Positions 1 to 8,879 of a stretch of DNA of 64,000 bases are shown piece after piece. Numbering within the stretch: the first letter of the stretch is position 1; the number at the start of each line of letters is the position of its first letter. The stretch comes from Gemmatimonadota bacterium (lineage in GTDB: Bacteria; Gemmatimonadota; Gemmatimonadetes; Palauibacterales; KS3-K002), in NCBI GenBank assembly GCA_039586795.1, contig JBDHJS010000017.1, forward strand, positions 32,001 to 96,000, read 5' to 3'. The notes under the pieces were generated by a model, which saw only the letters and a list, made by a program, of their open reading frames with translations, was not told the origin of the DNA and did not search any database. The position numbers were made by a program, and so were the translations under genes.

Positions 1-1082
1 GAGTTCAGATGGATCATTTGAACGCGGTTGGTGACCCGTTGGTCACCGAGCATTCCGCCGACGATGATGAGGCGGTCTTCAAGCACGGCGAAACCGCGGT
101 GATCCATCGACGGAAGGGTCTTGTCAGCGAGCGTCTCCCACGCGCCGGTCTCCACGTTGTAGGCGAAGAAGGCCACCGAAGGACCTGAAGGCCGGCCGTC
201 GTAACCGATCCCATTATAGTTGTATGGGTTGTCGGTACCGCCAGCGAAGATCACGCGCTGGCCAACACCGAGCGATGCCATCCGATAGAGCGGCGACCCC
301 GGGTGAGGCGGAAGCTCGCGCCATTCGATTCGCGTAGGATCCTGCGGATCGATCGACCCCAGGTAGGCAGCACCAGTAATTCGGAATCTCGGAGCGACAT
401 CATGCGTGCGGACACCGTCTGCGAATACGATCGCATCGCCGGCGATACCGCCCGCGTGGCCGAATACCGGTGCACCCGGTATCGGTGTCGCCGCCTGCCA
501 GCTATTGGTGAACGGATCGTAGATCTGCACGTCTCTCACGTTGTCTGTGTCGTGCCATCCGCTGACGAGATAGATGAGCGAATCCCGCCAGACACCAGAG
601 ACCGCATCATCAACTGGCAGCGGCATCGGTTTACCAGCGCTCCAGACTCCGGTGGCTGGATCGTATATGTCGAGATCGGGGAGTGACTTTTCGCTTCCGT
701 CTTCGGCCACCGTGTAGCCACCGAACAGATAGATCTTTCCATTTACCGATTGGGCCGTGCCGGCGATTCGCCCAGCACCGGGGCCTGCAATCTCTGACCA
801 CTCAGCGTCGCCGACAACGTACTGGAACGCCCGATCGTGGATCCCGGAGAACAGTCGGGTTGAGTCGAGACCCAGGAAGCTGAATACCAATTCCCGTCCG
901 TCCACCGTCGCCGCTGCGACGGCGTTGTTCGTCACCGGCGCTGGCATGACCGGAAGCTCGCTCCACGATCCAGCCAGCTCTGAGAGTTGATCCGCATCGG
1001 AGCGTCCGGACGATTCGGCCCCGCCATCGCAAGCCGATATGAGCACGACAGTGACAATCGAATTGAGTACTCGACTTCGCAC
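1..1082 (-). CDS. Kelch-repeat (beta-propeller) lipoprotein, 3' end outside window
   Basis: Absent from the ORF track because it runs off the edge. Manual translation from GTG at 1082 (AAGGAGG RBS upstream): MRSRVLNSIVTVVLISACDGG... with lipobox ISAC and Kelch-like blades KIYLFGGY..DIYDPATGVW, IYLVSGW..VQIYDPFTNSW..PIPGAPVFGHAGG. Confidence 0.85.
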   Translation of the reverse strand, partial: MRSRVLNSIVTVVLISACDGGAESSGRSDADQLSELAGSWSELPVMPAPVTNNAVAAATVDGRELVFSFLGLDSTRLFSGIHDRAFQYVVGDAEWSEIAGPGAGRIAGTAQSVNGKIYLFGGYTVAEDGSEKSLPDLDIYDPATGVWSAGKPMPLPVDDAVSGVWRDSLIYLVSGWHDTDNVRDVQIYDPFTNSWQAATPIPGAPVFGHAGGIAGDAIVFADGVRTHDVAPRFRITGAAYLGSIDPQDPTRIEWRELPPHPGSPLYRMASLGVGQRVIFAGGTDNPYNYNGIGYDGRPSGPSVAFFAYNVETGAWETLADKTLPSMDHRGFAVLEDRLIIVGGMLGDQRVTNRVQMIHLN

Positions 1083-1156
1083 GGCTACGCCTCCTTATTG
1101 TGACCACAACAGGGCTGCGCTAGGATTGTTGAGAGTGCATAAGATAGACAACGGGG

Positions 1157-4100
1157 TTGACCATGACGAGCGTTCAGGACCTCAAAGATCTAGCCCGGCT
1201 GTCCGCCGATGTCGCCGTTCCGAGGCTCGAAGAAGCACTCGCGGAGGCTGGCGGCATCGGGCCACTCGATGAGGCATCGCTCGAGCTGGACCGCGAGATC
1301 ATCCGGTTCATCCGCGACTCGGGAAGCCGCGACACGATCCTCGAGACGTTGGATCTCGAGAGCCTCGCAGCGCTGTTAGAGAGGTGCGTGGAGCGGGTCG
1401 AGGAGAGGGATCCGCCGGACCTCGCCCTCCGGGAGATGACCTGGGATGCCCTCGACCTGGTCCGCTACTCCGCTGTGCTTCGCCGCATCGATGCAGGCGG
1501 CGAGACCGGCCTATGGGAGCAGCGGACCCTGACAGCCATCGAGGCTTCCCACTTCACCGTCGGGCCGCTGGTCAGACATCGCGCCCGCACGTACGCGGAT
1601 AAGGTCCTGTTCGAGATACCGAAGCGGACGGGCGGTGAGAGCCTGACGTACGGACAGGTCGCCAAGCGGATCGACACTCTGGCTCGCGGTCTACTTTCTC
1701 TTTATCACCCGGACCCGCCCGAGCGGATCGCCATCCTGTCCGAGAATCGCCCGGAGATGGCGATGCTCGACCACGCCTGCCTGACGTCAGGTCTTGTCAA
1801 CGTCATGGTGCCGGCGAACGCCACGGACGCGGACGTGGGCTATATCCTCCGCCACGCGAGGATCGGGACCGTCGTCGTCTCGAATCGCGAACAGCTGGAC
1901 AAGGTCGAGAAGAACCGCGCTTCGCTTCCCGATCTGAAGCACGTGGTAACGATCGAGAGAATAGGTGATACATCGGGCAAGCTCCTGGCGTTGGCGGATG
2001 TGGAATCACAGGCGGACCAGGTACCGGCGTCGCTAGTCGAGGAGCGATCCAATGCGGTCCGAATCGATGATCTGGCGACTGCGATGTACACGTCAGGCAC
2101 CACCGGCATGCCGAAGGGCATTCAGTACTCGCATCGCAACCTGGTCTTCAAGCGGTTCGCCCGCGCCCTGGCACTGCCCGAGATCGGCGACGGGGATGTG
2201 TTCCTCTCCTACTTGCCGCTGTTCCACACGTTCGGTCGGTACCTGGAGCTGATGGGATGCGTCTTCTGGGGCGCAACGTACTGCTTCCTGCTCGACCCGG
2301 CCGTTGACGCTCTGATAGCCGGAATGAAGCGTTACCGACCCACCGTCTTCATCAGCGTGCCGCGCAAGTGGATCCAACTATACGAGTCGATAACAAAACG
2401 CGCTGATCCGCTCCACGCCCCGGATGATGAAGTCCGTGTAGCGGTGAACGAACTAACCGGCGGACGACTCAGGTGGGGACTATCAGCTGCGGGCTACCTC
2501 GATCCGGACATCTTCCGGTTCTTCCACGAGCACGGCGTGCAGCTACTGAGCGGATTTGGCATGAGCGAAGCGACCGGTGGCATTACTATGACCCCACCGT
2601 TCAAGTACAAGGACAACTCGCTTGGCGTTGCGCTGCCGGGGATCGAAGTGAAGCTGGCGGAGGATGGCGAGCTCATGATCCGAGGTCCCTATGTAATGAT
2701 GGGATATCTGGATCCGCCGGATGAGGAACCATCCTTCGACGAAGACGGTTGGTTTCGCAGCGGTGACCTGATGCGGATGGATGACGAAGGGCACATCCAG
2801 ATCGTCGACCGCAAGAAGGAGATCTACAAGAACATCAAGGGCCAGACGATTGCGCCGCAACGGATCGAGAACCTGTTTCGCGAGTTCGCGTCCGTTGGTC
2901 GCGCCTTCCTGGTTGGAGACCATAGAGAGTACAATACACTGCTTATCTACCCGAACCCGGAGTACGACGAACTCGATTTTTCATCCGCGTCCGCCCAAAT
3001 GGTACGCGATCACTTCCGCTCGTTGGTAGTTTCGGTCAACGAGTTCGTAGCTCCGTTCGAGCGGATCGTCGACTTCGCTATCATCGATCGTGATCTCGAT
3101 GCGGACAAAGGCGAACTCACACCGAAGGGAACACCACGCCGCAATACCGTCGTCGACAATTTCGCCGACGTTATAGAAACGCTCTACCGAAGGACCGACC
3201 TCAGCGTTGGCGGCGTCGACATCACGCTACCTAACTGGTTCTTTCAGGCGCTGGGCCTTACAGCACAGGATGTTCGCGTCGATGGGGAGTCGCTGACACT
3301 TCCATCACTTGCAACGAAGCTAACCGTACAACGGCGAGCCGATGCCGAAGTTCAAATAGGAGCCTGCGTCTATCGGTTCGCCAGCCGCGTGTTGAATCTG
3401 GGTGCCATCCTCGCAACGCCTCGTTTGTGGCTGGGCAACGACGAGCTTGTCGCCTTCGCGCCATTCGATCTCGACGATCGCCAGCGCCCCGGGCGTACGG
3501 CGGACGAGATCCAATGGGCCGGTCGAGCCGCGCCATTCAAGCCGTCGGCAGCGGACTGCGAGGCACTGGAACGGGCGAACCACCAAGCGGAATGGACTCT
3601 GCTGGACCTGGATCAAGCGGCGAGAATGCTGGTCTCGACGGACGAAGCGTGCGCGATGGGTGCCGTCCGACTGTTCGAGCGCATTCTGACGGCGTCCGAA
3701 GACGGTGCATTGGCCAGACCGGCGCGCTTTCTCCTGGCTCGCGGGGCGGAGATCTCGTCCGAGGACGTTAGACGGCGGGCTTTCCAGGTCCTTGTACCGC
3801 ACGAGCGGGTGGCGCGATTCCGCGATACGGTTGGCATGTTCTTGGAAAGAGACCCGGAGTTGTTCGACTCCGAGACGCGCGCCGTCCTCTGCGAACGGAC
3901 GCTTTCTGAATCGAAGATCGACGCTTTCATCCAGCTCGCGTGGGAAGCGTGCACAAAACCGGAGATGGACGAGGCGGACGCAAAGCTCGCTTCCTCGTTG
4001 GTCGACTTCCTCGCCGAGTACGGTGGCGGCCATCCAACTCGCTTCCGTCAAATCAGAGCGTTCATGGTGCGAGTGAACCTGTTCGCGCCCAGCGACACGA

Positions 4101-5935
4101 TGCGGGTACATGCGGGTGAGGCGCGGCGGCAGATGCGTGACGGGTTTTTCCAGTGGCTGGGACCAACGCCGCGCATTGCCGTCGACACGGAGACCGGTCA
4201 GGAGTACCGGTGGGAAGACGTGATTGTGTTCGAGGAAGGCGCAGATCCGGAGGACAGACGTCGACTGCTGTCGGCGATCAAGAACACGCCGTTCCTCTCC
4301 GGATCGATCTTCCTCCTCTTCGGCGGCAAGGTGATCCGACTGGGTGACATACCGCCAGGTGGTGTTTGGGTGCGGCTGGCCGGCGAGCGATACGGCAAGC
4401 GCGTGTATCGAATCACGATCCAGACGCGCTCCGACGAATCGTACGAGCTTGCGGCGAACGTAAACACAGCGCTCACCGCCGAGCAGGTGCAGGAAGAGGT
4501 TGACTGGCTGATCCTCTGCGGTGAACACGAGAACAGACCGCCGGTGGTCGAGGAGTTCGGGGGCTACGTATCGGAGCAAGACATATGGACTGAAGAGTTC
4601 ATATCCGGCTCTACTCTGGATAGAGAGATGCGCCGATTGGCGCGTCGATCCGACGCCGTTGAAGGCATAGCCCAGCTGTGGCCGTTCCTGGCGTGGAGCG
4701 CGTTGAGCGCGTTCGTCGATTTCTGGGATCGCACCGGCCGGCGCTGCGAGATCTCCGCCCTGGCGCCCACCGATATCGTGGTGCCGACTCACGACTACCA
4801 CCGCGGCTCGCGAATCGTATCGCTGTCTGTCCGCTGCGATCATCGTGGCGTGTTGGCCATGCTCCAGTCGTTCAAGGACCAGTTCGTTGGTTCGATCGAG
4901 AACGACTACGACGACCTCAAGGGATTGGTGGGATGGGACGTGGTCTTCTCCTCGGCGTTGGAAGTACTGGGCGAACAAGAGGGCCTCGCCACCCTGGAGG
5001 GTGCACTGTTAGCGGAGACCGGCGCTTCCGACGAGCTGCGAAGCGCTCTGCGTGAGTATGTGGACACCGTCCGTCGCCGCGGTTTCCTGCCAATGCGACT
5101 CTACTTCGCCGCCAAGCGATATCGCCGCTGGGCACGTCTGGCCGAGGACGCTACCCTCGAGGCCAGCGCCCGCACCCTCCAGGAGTTCTATGACACGTAC
5201 GGCCTGGAGCGCCTTACCCGATCTTATCCCGAGGCTCGGCTTCGCTTCTTCCGTGAAACCGTATTCAGAGACAGTTCGCCTGCCCTGATCCAGGGCCTCG
5301 ACGATTTGATTCGGAAGGTGCGGTCAGGTGAAATGAGAGACGCTGAGCTCGCAGGTGCGGTCGCCGACCTGAGAACTCGACTGGAGGCGGATCCTGGCGA
5401 CGACTATTTCCTGGCTCGAATCCCGTTCGCCTATCTACGGCCGGAAGACGCCGTCGACTTCGTGAGCAGCGATATCAGTGGCGAATACCAAAGCGAGATC
5501 GTCGTCAGCCTCGAGGACGCGGATGGCAACGCGTTCCGAGTACGTCACGCCCTGTTGCCAAAGGAAGTTGAGCGACTGCATCGCCTGTTCCTCGCCGCCA
5601 AGCTCGATGTCCGATTTGGCCCCGAGCACAAGTACCTGGTGGCTATCAACGATCGAGAGCAGATCATCGGGGGCATCTACTATACCGTCGAAGAGGGTGG
5701 CACCAACGCACACCTGGAGAAGATCGTCGTCGCCGATCGCTACCGCAGGAAAGGCGTGGCGGACGGCCTGATGAAGCAGTTCTTCAACCGGATGCGCGCG
5801 GCGGGAGCGGAGACCGTGACCACCGGGTTCTTCCGGCCCGAGTACTTCTACTCGTACGGCTTCAAGATCGAGCGCCGTTACGCCGGCCTGGTGAAGAAAC
5901 TGGAGGACGAGGCGTCTACCGCGACGGCGAATTGA
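1157..5935 (+). CDS. Multidomain protein: long-chain acyl-CoA synthetase (AMP-binding) + helical region + kinase-like domain + C-terminal GNAT acetyltransferase
   Basis: YTSGTTGMPKG, LPLFHTFG, GFGMSE, GWFRSGDL and DRKKEI adenylation motifs; C-terminal GNAT motif A IVVADRYRRKGVA; ATG start at 1163 is also possible. Confidence 0.85.
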   Translation: MTMTSVQDLKDLARLSADVAVPRLEEALAEAGGIGPLDEASLELDREIIRFIRDSGSRDTILETLDLESLAALLERCVERVEERDPPDLALREMTWDALDLVRYSAVLRRIDAGGETGLWEQRTLTAIEASHFTVGPLVRHRARTYADKVLFEIPKRTGGESLTYGQVAKRIDTLARGLLSLYHPDPPERIAILSENRPEMAMLDHACLTSGLVNVMVPANATDADVGYILRHARIGTVVVSNREQLDKVEKNRASLPDLKHVVTIERIGDTSGKLLALADVESQADQVPASLVEERSNAVRIDDLATAMYTSGTTGMPKGIQYSHRNLVFKRFARALALPEIGDGDVFLSYLPLFHTFGRYLELMGCVFWGATYCFLLDPAVDALIAGMKRYRPTVFISVPRKWIQLYESITKRADPLHAPDDEVRVAVNELTGGRLRWGLSAAGYLDPDIFRFFHEHGVQLLSGFGMSEATGGITMTPPFKYKDNSLGVALPGIEVKLAEDGELMIRGPYVMMGYLDPPDEEPSFDEDGWFRSGDLMRMDDEGHIQIVDRKKEIYKNIKGQTIAPQRIENLFREFASVGRAFLVGDHREYNTLLIYPNPEYDELDFSSASAQMVRDHFRSLVVSVNEFVAPFERIVDFAIIDRDLDADKGELTPKGTPRRNTVVDNFADVIETLYRRTDLSVGGVDITLPNWFFQALGLTAQDVRVDGESLTLPSLATKLTVQRRADAEVQIGACVYRFASRVLNLGAILATPRLWLGNDELVAFAPFDLDDRQRPGRTADEIQWAGRAAPFKPSAADCEALERANHQAEWTLLDLDQAARMLVSTDEACAMGAVRLFERILTASEDGALARPARFLLARGAEISSEDVRRRAFQVLVPHERVARFRDTVGMFLERDPELFDSETRAVLCERTLSESKIDAFIQLAWEACTKPEMDEADAKLASSLVDFLAEYGGGHPTRFRQIRAFMVRVNLFAPSDTMRVHAGEARRQMRDGFFQWLGPTPRIAVDTETGQEYRWEDVIVFEEGADPEDRRRLLSAIKNTPFLSGSIFLLFGGKVIRLGDIPPGGVWVRLAGERYGKRVYRITIQTRSDESYELAANVNTALTAEQVQEEVDWLILCGEHENRPPVVEEFGGYVSEQDIWTEEFISGSTLDREMRRLARRSDAVEGIAQLWPFLAWSALSAFVDFWDRTGRRCEISALAPTDIVVPTHDYHRGSRIVSLSVRCDHRGVLAMLQSFKDQFVGSIENDYDDLKGLVGWDVVFSSALEVLGEQEGLATLEGALLAETGASDELRSALREYVDTVRRRGFLPMRLYFAAKRYRRWARLAEDATLEASARTLQEFYDTYGLERLTRSYPEARLRFFRETVFRDSSPALIQGLDDLIRKVRSGEMRDAELAGAVADLRTRLEADPGDDYFLARIPFAYLRPEDAVDFVSSDISGEYQSEIVVSLEDADGNAFRVRHALLPKEVERLHRLFLAAKLDVRFGPEHKYLVAINDREQIIGGIYYTVEEGGTNAHLEKIVVADRYRRKGVADGLMKQFFNRMRAAGAETVTTGFFRPEYFYSYGFKIERRYAGLVKKLEDEASTATAN

Positions 5936-6256
5936 GCTATCGATAGGACGAATCATTCGTGAGAGCGCGGGACAGTCTTGTACCTGCCGGGATACCGCTC
6001 TCGTTGCCGCCCCACCGCGTGGCAGAACGTCACTCCAGGCCGCCCATCAGCCGCGTGCCCGCCACTTCGCCGGCGCCGATAACTCGTTGATAAAGAACAC
6101 TTTACGGGGCCTACTTTATCGCGGCACCCCGGCACGAGTTATGCGTTCTTTAACCAAGTACGACTATATCCATAAGGAAGCCGGCGGCAATTACACAGGG
6201 CCGACCGCCTAGCGGGGCGAGCGGCTCGCTTGAAGCGTTTGTCAAAGGAGGCAACG

Positions 6257-7558
6257 ATGTCGCTACAGAAGACACTCGGCGAGAAGATTGATGCGTGGCG
6301 GCCGAGAACAGTTCGATTGCTCAAGGAGTTCGGAGACGTCAAGGTCAGCGACGTAACGATCGCCCAGGCGATCGGAGGCGCTCGTGGCGTAAGGTGCCTG
6401 GTGACAGACATCTCGTACCTCGATCCGAACGAAGGAATCCGTTTCCGCGGATATACGATTCCGGAGACGCTGGAAGCGCTTCCCAAGTACCCCGGCGCCG
6501 AGATGCCATACGTCGAGGGTCACATCTGGTTGCTGCTAACCGGAGACATCCCGACCGAAGCGCAGGTCAAGGAGCTGACGGCCGAGCTGCAGAAGCGGAG
6601 CGAGGTACCCGGCTACGTGTGGGACGTGCTGCGTGCCATGCCGCGGGATTCGCATCCGATGGCGATGTTCTCGGCAGCGATCATGTCGATGCAACGTGAG
6701 TCGGCATACGTAGCGGCTTACGAGAAGGGGATCGGCAAAATGGACCACTGGCAGCCGACGCTGGAAGACGCGCTGACCATCTGGGCCAGGATTCCGCAGA
6801 TCGGCGCCTTTATCTACCGCCTGAAGTACAAAGACGACAAACAGATCGATCCTGATCCGTCGCTCGACCTTGGCGGCAACTTCGCTCATATGATGGGGAT
6901 TGAGTCGCCATACGACGACGTGGCGCGGCTCTATTTCATCCTCCACTCCGATCACGAGAGTGGAAACGTCAGCGCCCACGCCGGCCACCTCGTCGGCAGC
7001 GCGCTCTCCGATCTGTACTACGCGACGTCGGCGATGGTGAACGGTCTCGCCGGCCCGCTGCACGGCCTGGCCAACCAGGAGGTCCTGCGTTGGATCCAAG
7101 GCGTGATGGACCAGATGGGCGGGAAGATTCCGAGCGAAGAGGAGATGAAGGAGTTCGTTTGGAATACGTTGAATTCCGGCCAGGTCGTACCCGGCTTCGG
7201 GCACGCCGTGCTGCGCAAGACCGACCCGCGCTACGCTGAGCAGCGCAACTTCTGCCTGAAGCATCTTCCCGACGACCCGATCTTCAAGTACGTGGATGTG
7301 CTGTACAAGGTCGTCCCGCCGATCCTGGAGGAGCAGGGCAAGGCGAAGAACCCGTGGCCGAACGTGGATGCGCAGTCAGGAGTAATTCAGTGGTACTACG
7401 GCCTTCGGGAGTACGATTTCTACACCGTACTATTCTCGATCGGCCGAGCGCTCGGCGTGCTGTCCAACATCACTTGGGACCGTGCTCTTGGGTATCCGAT
7501 TGAGCGACCCAAGTCAGTGACGACCGCGATGCTGGAAGACACGGCGGGCATCAAGTAG
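6257..7558 (+). CDS. gltA: Citrate (Si)-synthase, eukaryote/mitochondrial-type
   Basis: HSDHESGNVSAH, GLAGPLHGLANQEVL, VPGFGHAVLRKTDPRY, KNPWPNVDA; AAGGAGG RBS before ATG 6257. Confidence 0.95.
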   Translation: MSLQKTLGEKIDAWRPRTVRLLKEFGDVKVSDVTIAQAIGGARGVRCLVTDISYLDPNEGIRFRGYTIPETLEALPKYPGAEMPYVEGHIWLLLTGDIPTEAQVKELTAELQKRSEVPGYVWDVLRAMPRDSHPMAMFSAAIMSMQRESAYVAAYEKGIGKMDHWQPTLEDALTIWARIPQIGAFIYRLKYKDDKQIDPDPSLDLGGNFAHMMGIESPYDDVARLYFILHSDHESGNVSAHAGHLVGSALSDLYYATSAMVNGLAGPLHGLANQEVLRWIQGVMDQMGGKIPSEEEMKEFVWNTLNSGQVVPGFGHAVLRKTDPRYAEQRNFCLKHLPDDPIFKYVDVLYKVVPPILEEQGKAKNPWPNVDAQSGVIQWYYGLREYDFYTVLFSIGRALGVLSNITWDRALGYPIERPKSVTTAMLEDTAGIK

Positions 7559-7655
7559 TCGAGATGTAGATAGTTAGAATTGTAGACAAGTAGACCAGTG
7601 GATGAGAGGGACATCCGTCTCGTACACCGGTCTATTTGTCTACTCTTCTTTTTGT

Positions 7656-8738
7656 CTACTGGGAAGTCGAGATCACCGAGTCAAGCGCACCCATGACATC
7701 GGGCAAGTACCAAGCGCTGCAACCTCTCTTCATCGCCTCCAGCGCTTCGGAAGCCGACCGTGCTTCGCGATGCGCCCGCGACTCCGTAAGCGACACGAAT
7801 ATTTCGGCGGCGCCCACGATCTGTGCGCCGAACGGGATCTGTTCGCCGGACAGGCCTTCCGGGTAACCACTGCCGTCCAGGCGTTCGTGGTGGTATTGAA
7901 CGAAGTCAACAGCGCCTCCCAGGTTTGGAAGCGGTCGAAGGATGCTGGCGCCGGTCTTGACGTGGCCCTGAATGTGTCGGTACTCGTCATCGGTCAGCGG
8001 CCCGTTCTTGTGCATCACTGACTCGCGTATTGCGATCATACCGATGTCGTGCAGAAGGCATGCGACCCGTATCTCTTCTACGTCGGCGGAATCCATGGCA
8101 AGTTCGATGGCCATTCTTACGCCTAGTTCGGCAACGCGCTCGCTGTGACCTCTTAGGTACGGGTCCTTAGCCTCCATGGCACGGATGAGGGCCGTCAGAG
8201 TGGCAAGCGAGACCTCCTGAAGCTGCTCCGCCTGCAACTGGACTTGTTCGGTTCGCTTGTTTACCTCGGCGCGCAGCCAGGCCTCGAGCTGGTGTCGATA
8301 CAGCGCGTGGCTGCGACGGCGCAGCGCGCGCCTGACCGCCTCCAGCAGTTCATCCACCGGGACCGGCTTCTGTAGGTAGTCCTCGATGCCCAGCCGCAGA
8401 GACTCCACAGCGCTATTTGTATCTGCGGCTCCCGTCAGGACGAGAATGGCCAGGTCAGGATCCTCCTCCAGCGCCAGACTGGCCAGCTCCATCCCGTCCA
8501 TGTCGGGCATGCGGATATCGGTGATCAACAGGGAGACGCCGCCTTCTCTGATGCGAGGCAGCGCGCTTTGCCCGGATTCGAATACATCGACGGGATAGCC
8601 CTCGCGGCCGAGTACCTTGCTGAGCAGGTCGAGAACCTGAACCTCGTCGTCGACAATGACGACCGGCGAGTCTTCCGGGGTCGGGATGGCAGCGTTGAGG
8701 GCCGCCCGATCGTCTACGTCAAAAGGTGTCCAGTCCAT
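7656..8738 (-). CDS. Response regulator with HD-GYP domain (RpfG-like)
   Basis: REC domain (IVDDE, ITDIRMPDMDG, YLQKP), then KDPYLRGHSERV, LLHDIG, HHERLDGSGYP. Confidence 0.92.
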   Translation of the reverse strand: MDWTPFDVDDRAALNAAIPTPEDSPVVIVDDEVQVLDLLSKVLGREGYPVDVFESGQSALPRIREGGVSLLITDIRMPDMDGMELASLALEEDPDLAILVLTGAADTNSAVESLRLGIEDYLQKPVPVDELLEAVRRALRRRSHALYRHQLEAWLRAEVNKRTEQVQLQAEQLQEVSLATLTALIRAMEAKDPYLRGHSERVAELGVRMAIELAMDSADVEEIRVACLLHDIGMIAIRESVMHKNGPLTDDEYRHIQGHVKTGASILRPLPNLGGAVDFVQYHHERLDGSGYPEGLSGEQIPFGAQIVGAAEIFVSLTESRAHREARSASEALEAMKRGCSAWYLPDVMGALDSVISTSQ

Positions 8739-8879
8739 ACGCCGCTAACGGTGCATGTTATCGTTAGTCGAGATTTCGGGGTATCCGGCTAGGGATCCGG
8801 GCCGGGACGCGGCTTCACAAAATGCCGTACCTACTAACCCAAATACGTAAGATTTGTTTCCGCCGCCAGCACCCCAACC

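Noticed and set aside
3320..4978. 552-aa minus-strand ORF
   Set aside because: Antisense shadow of the ligase-GNAT gene; no motifs; expected in GC-rich DNA
5936..6256. Possible ncRNA between the fusion gene and citrate synthase
   Set aside because: Only short GC hairpins; no recognisable family motif
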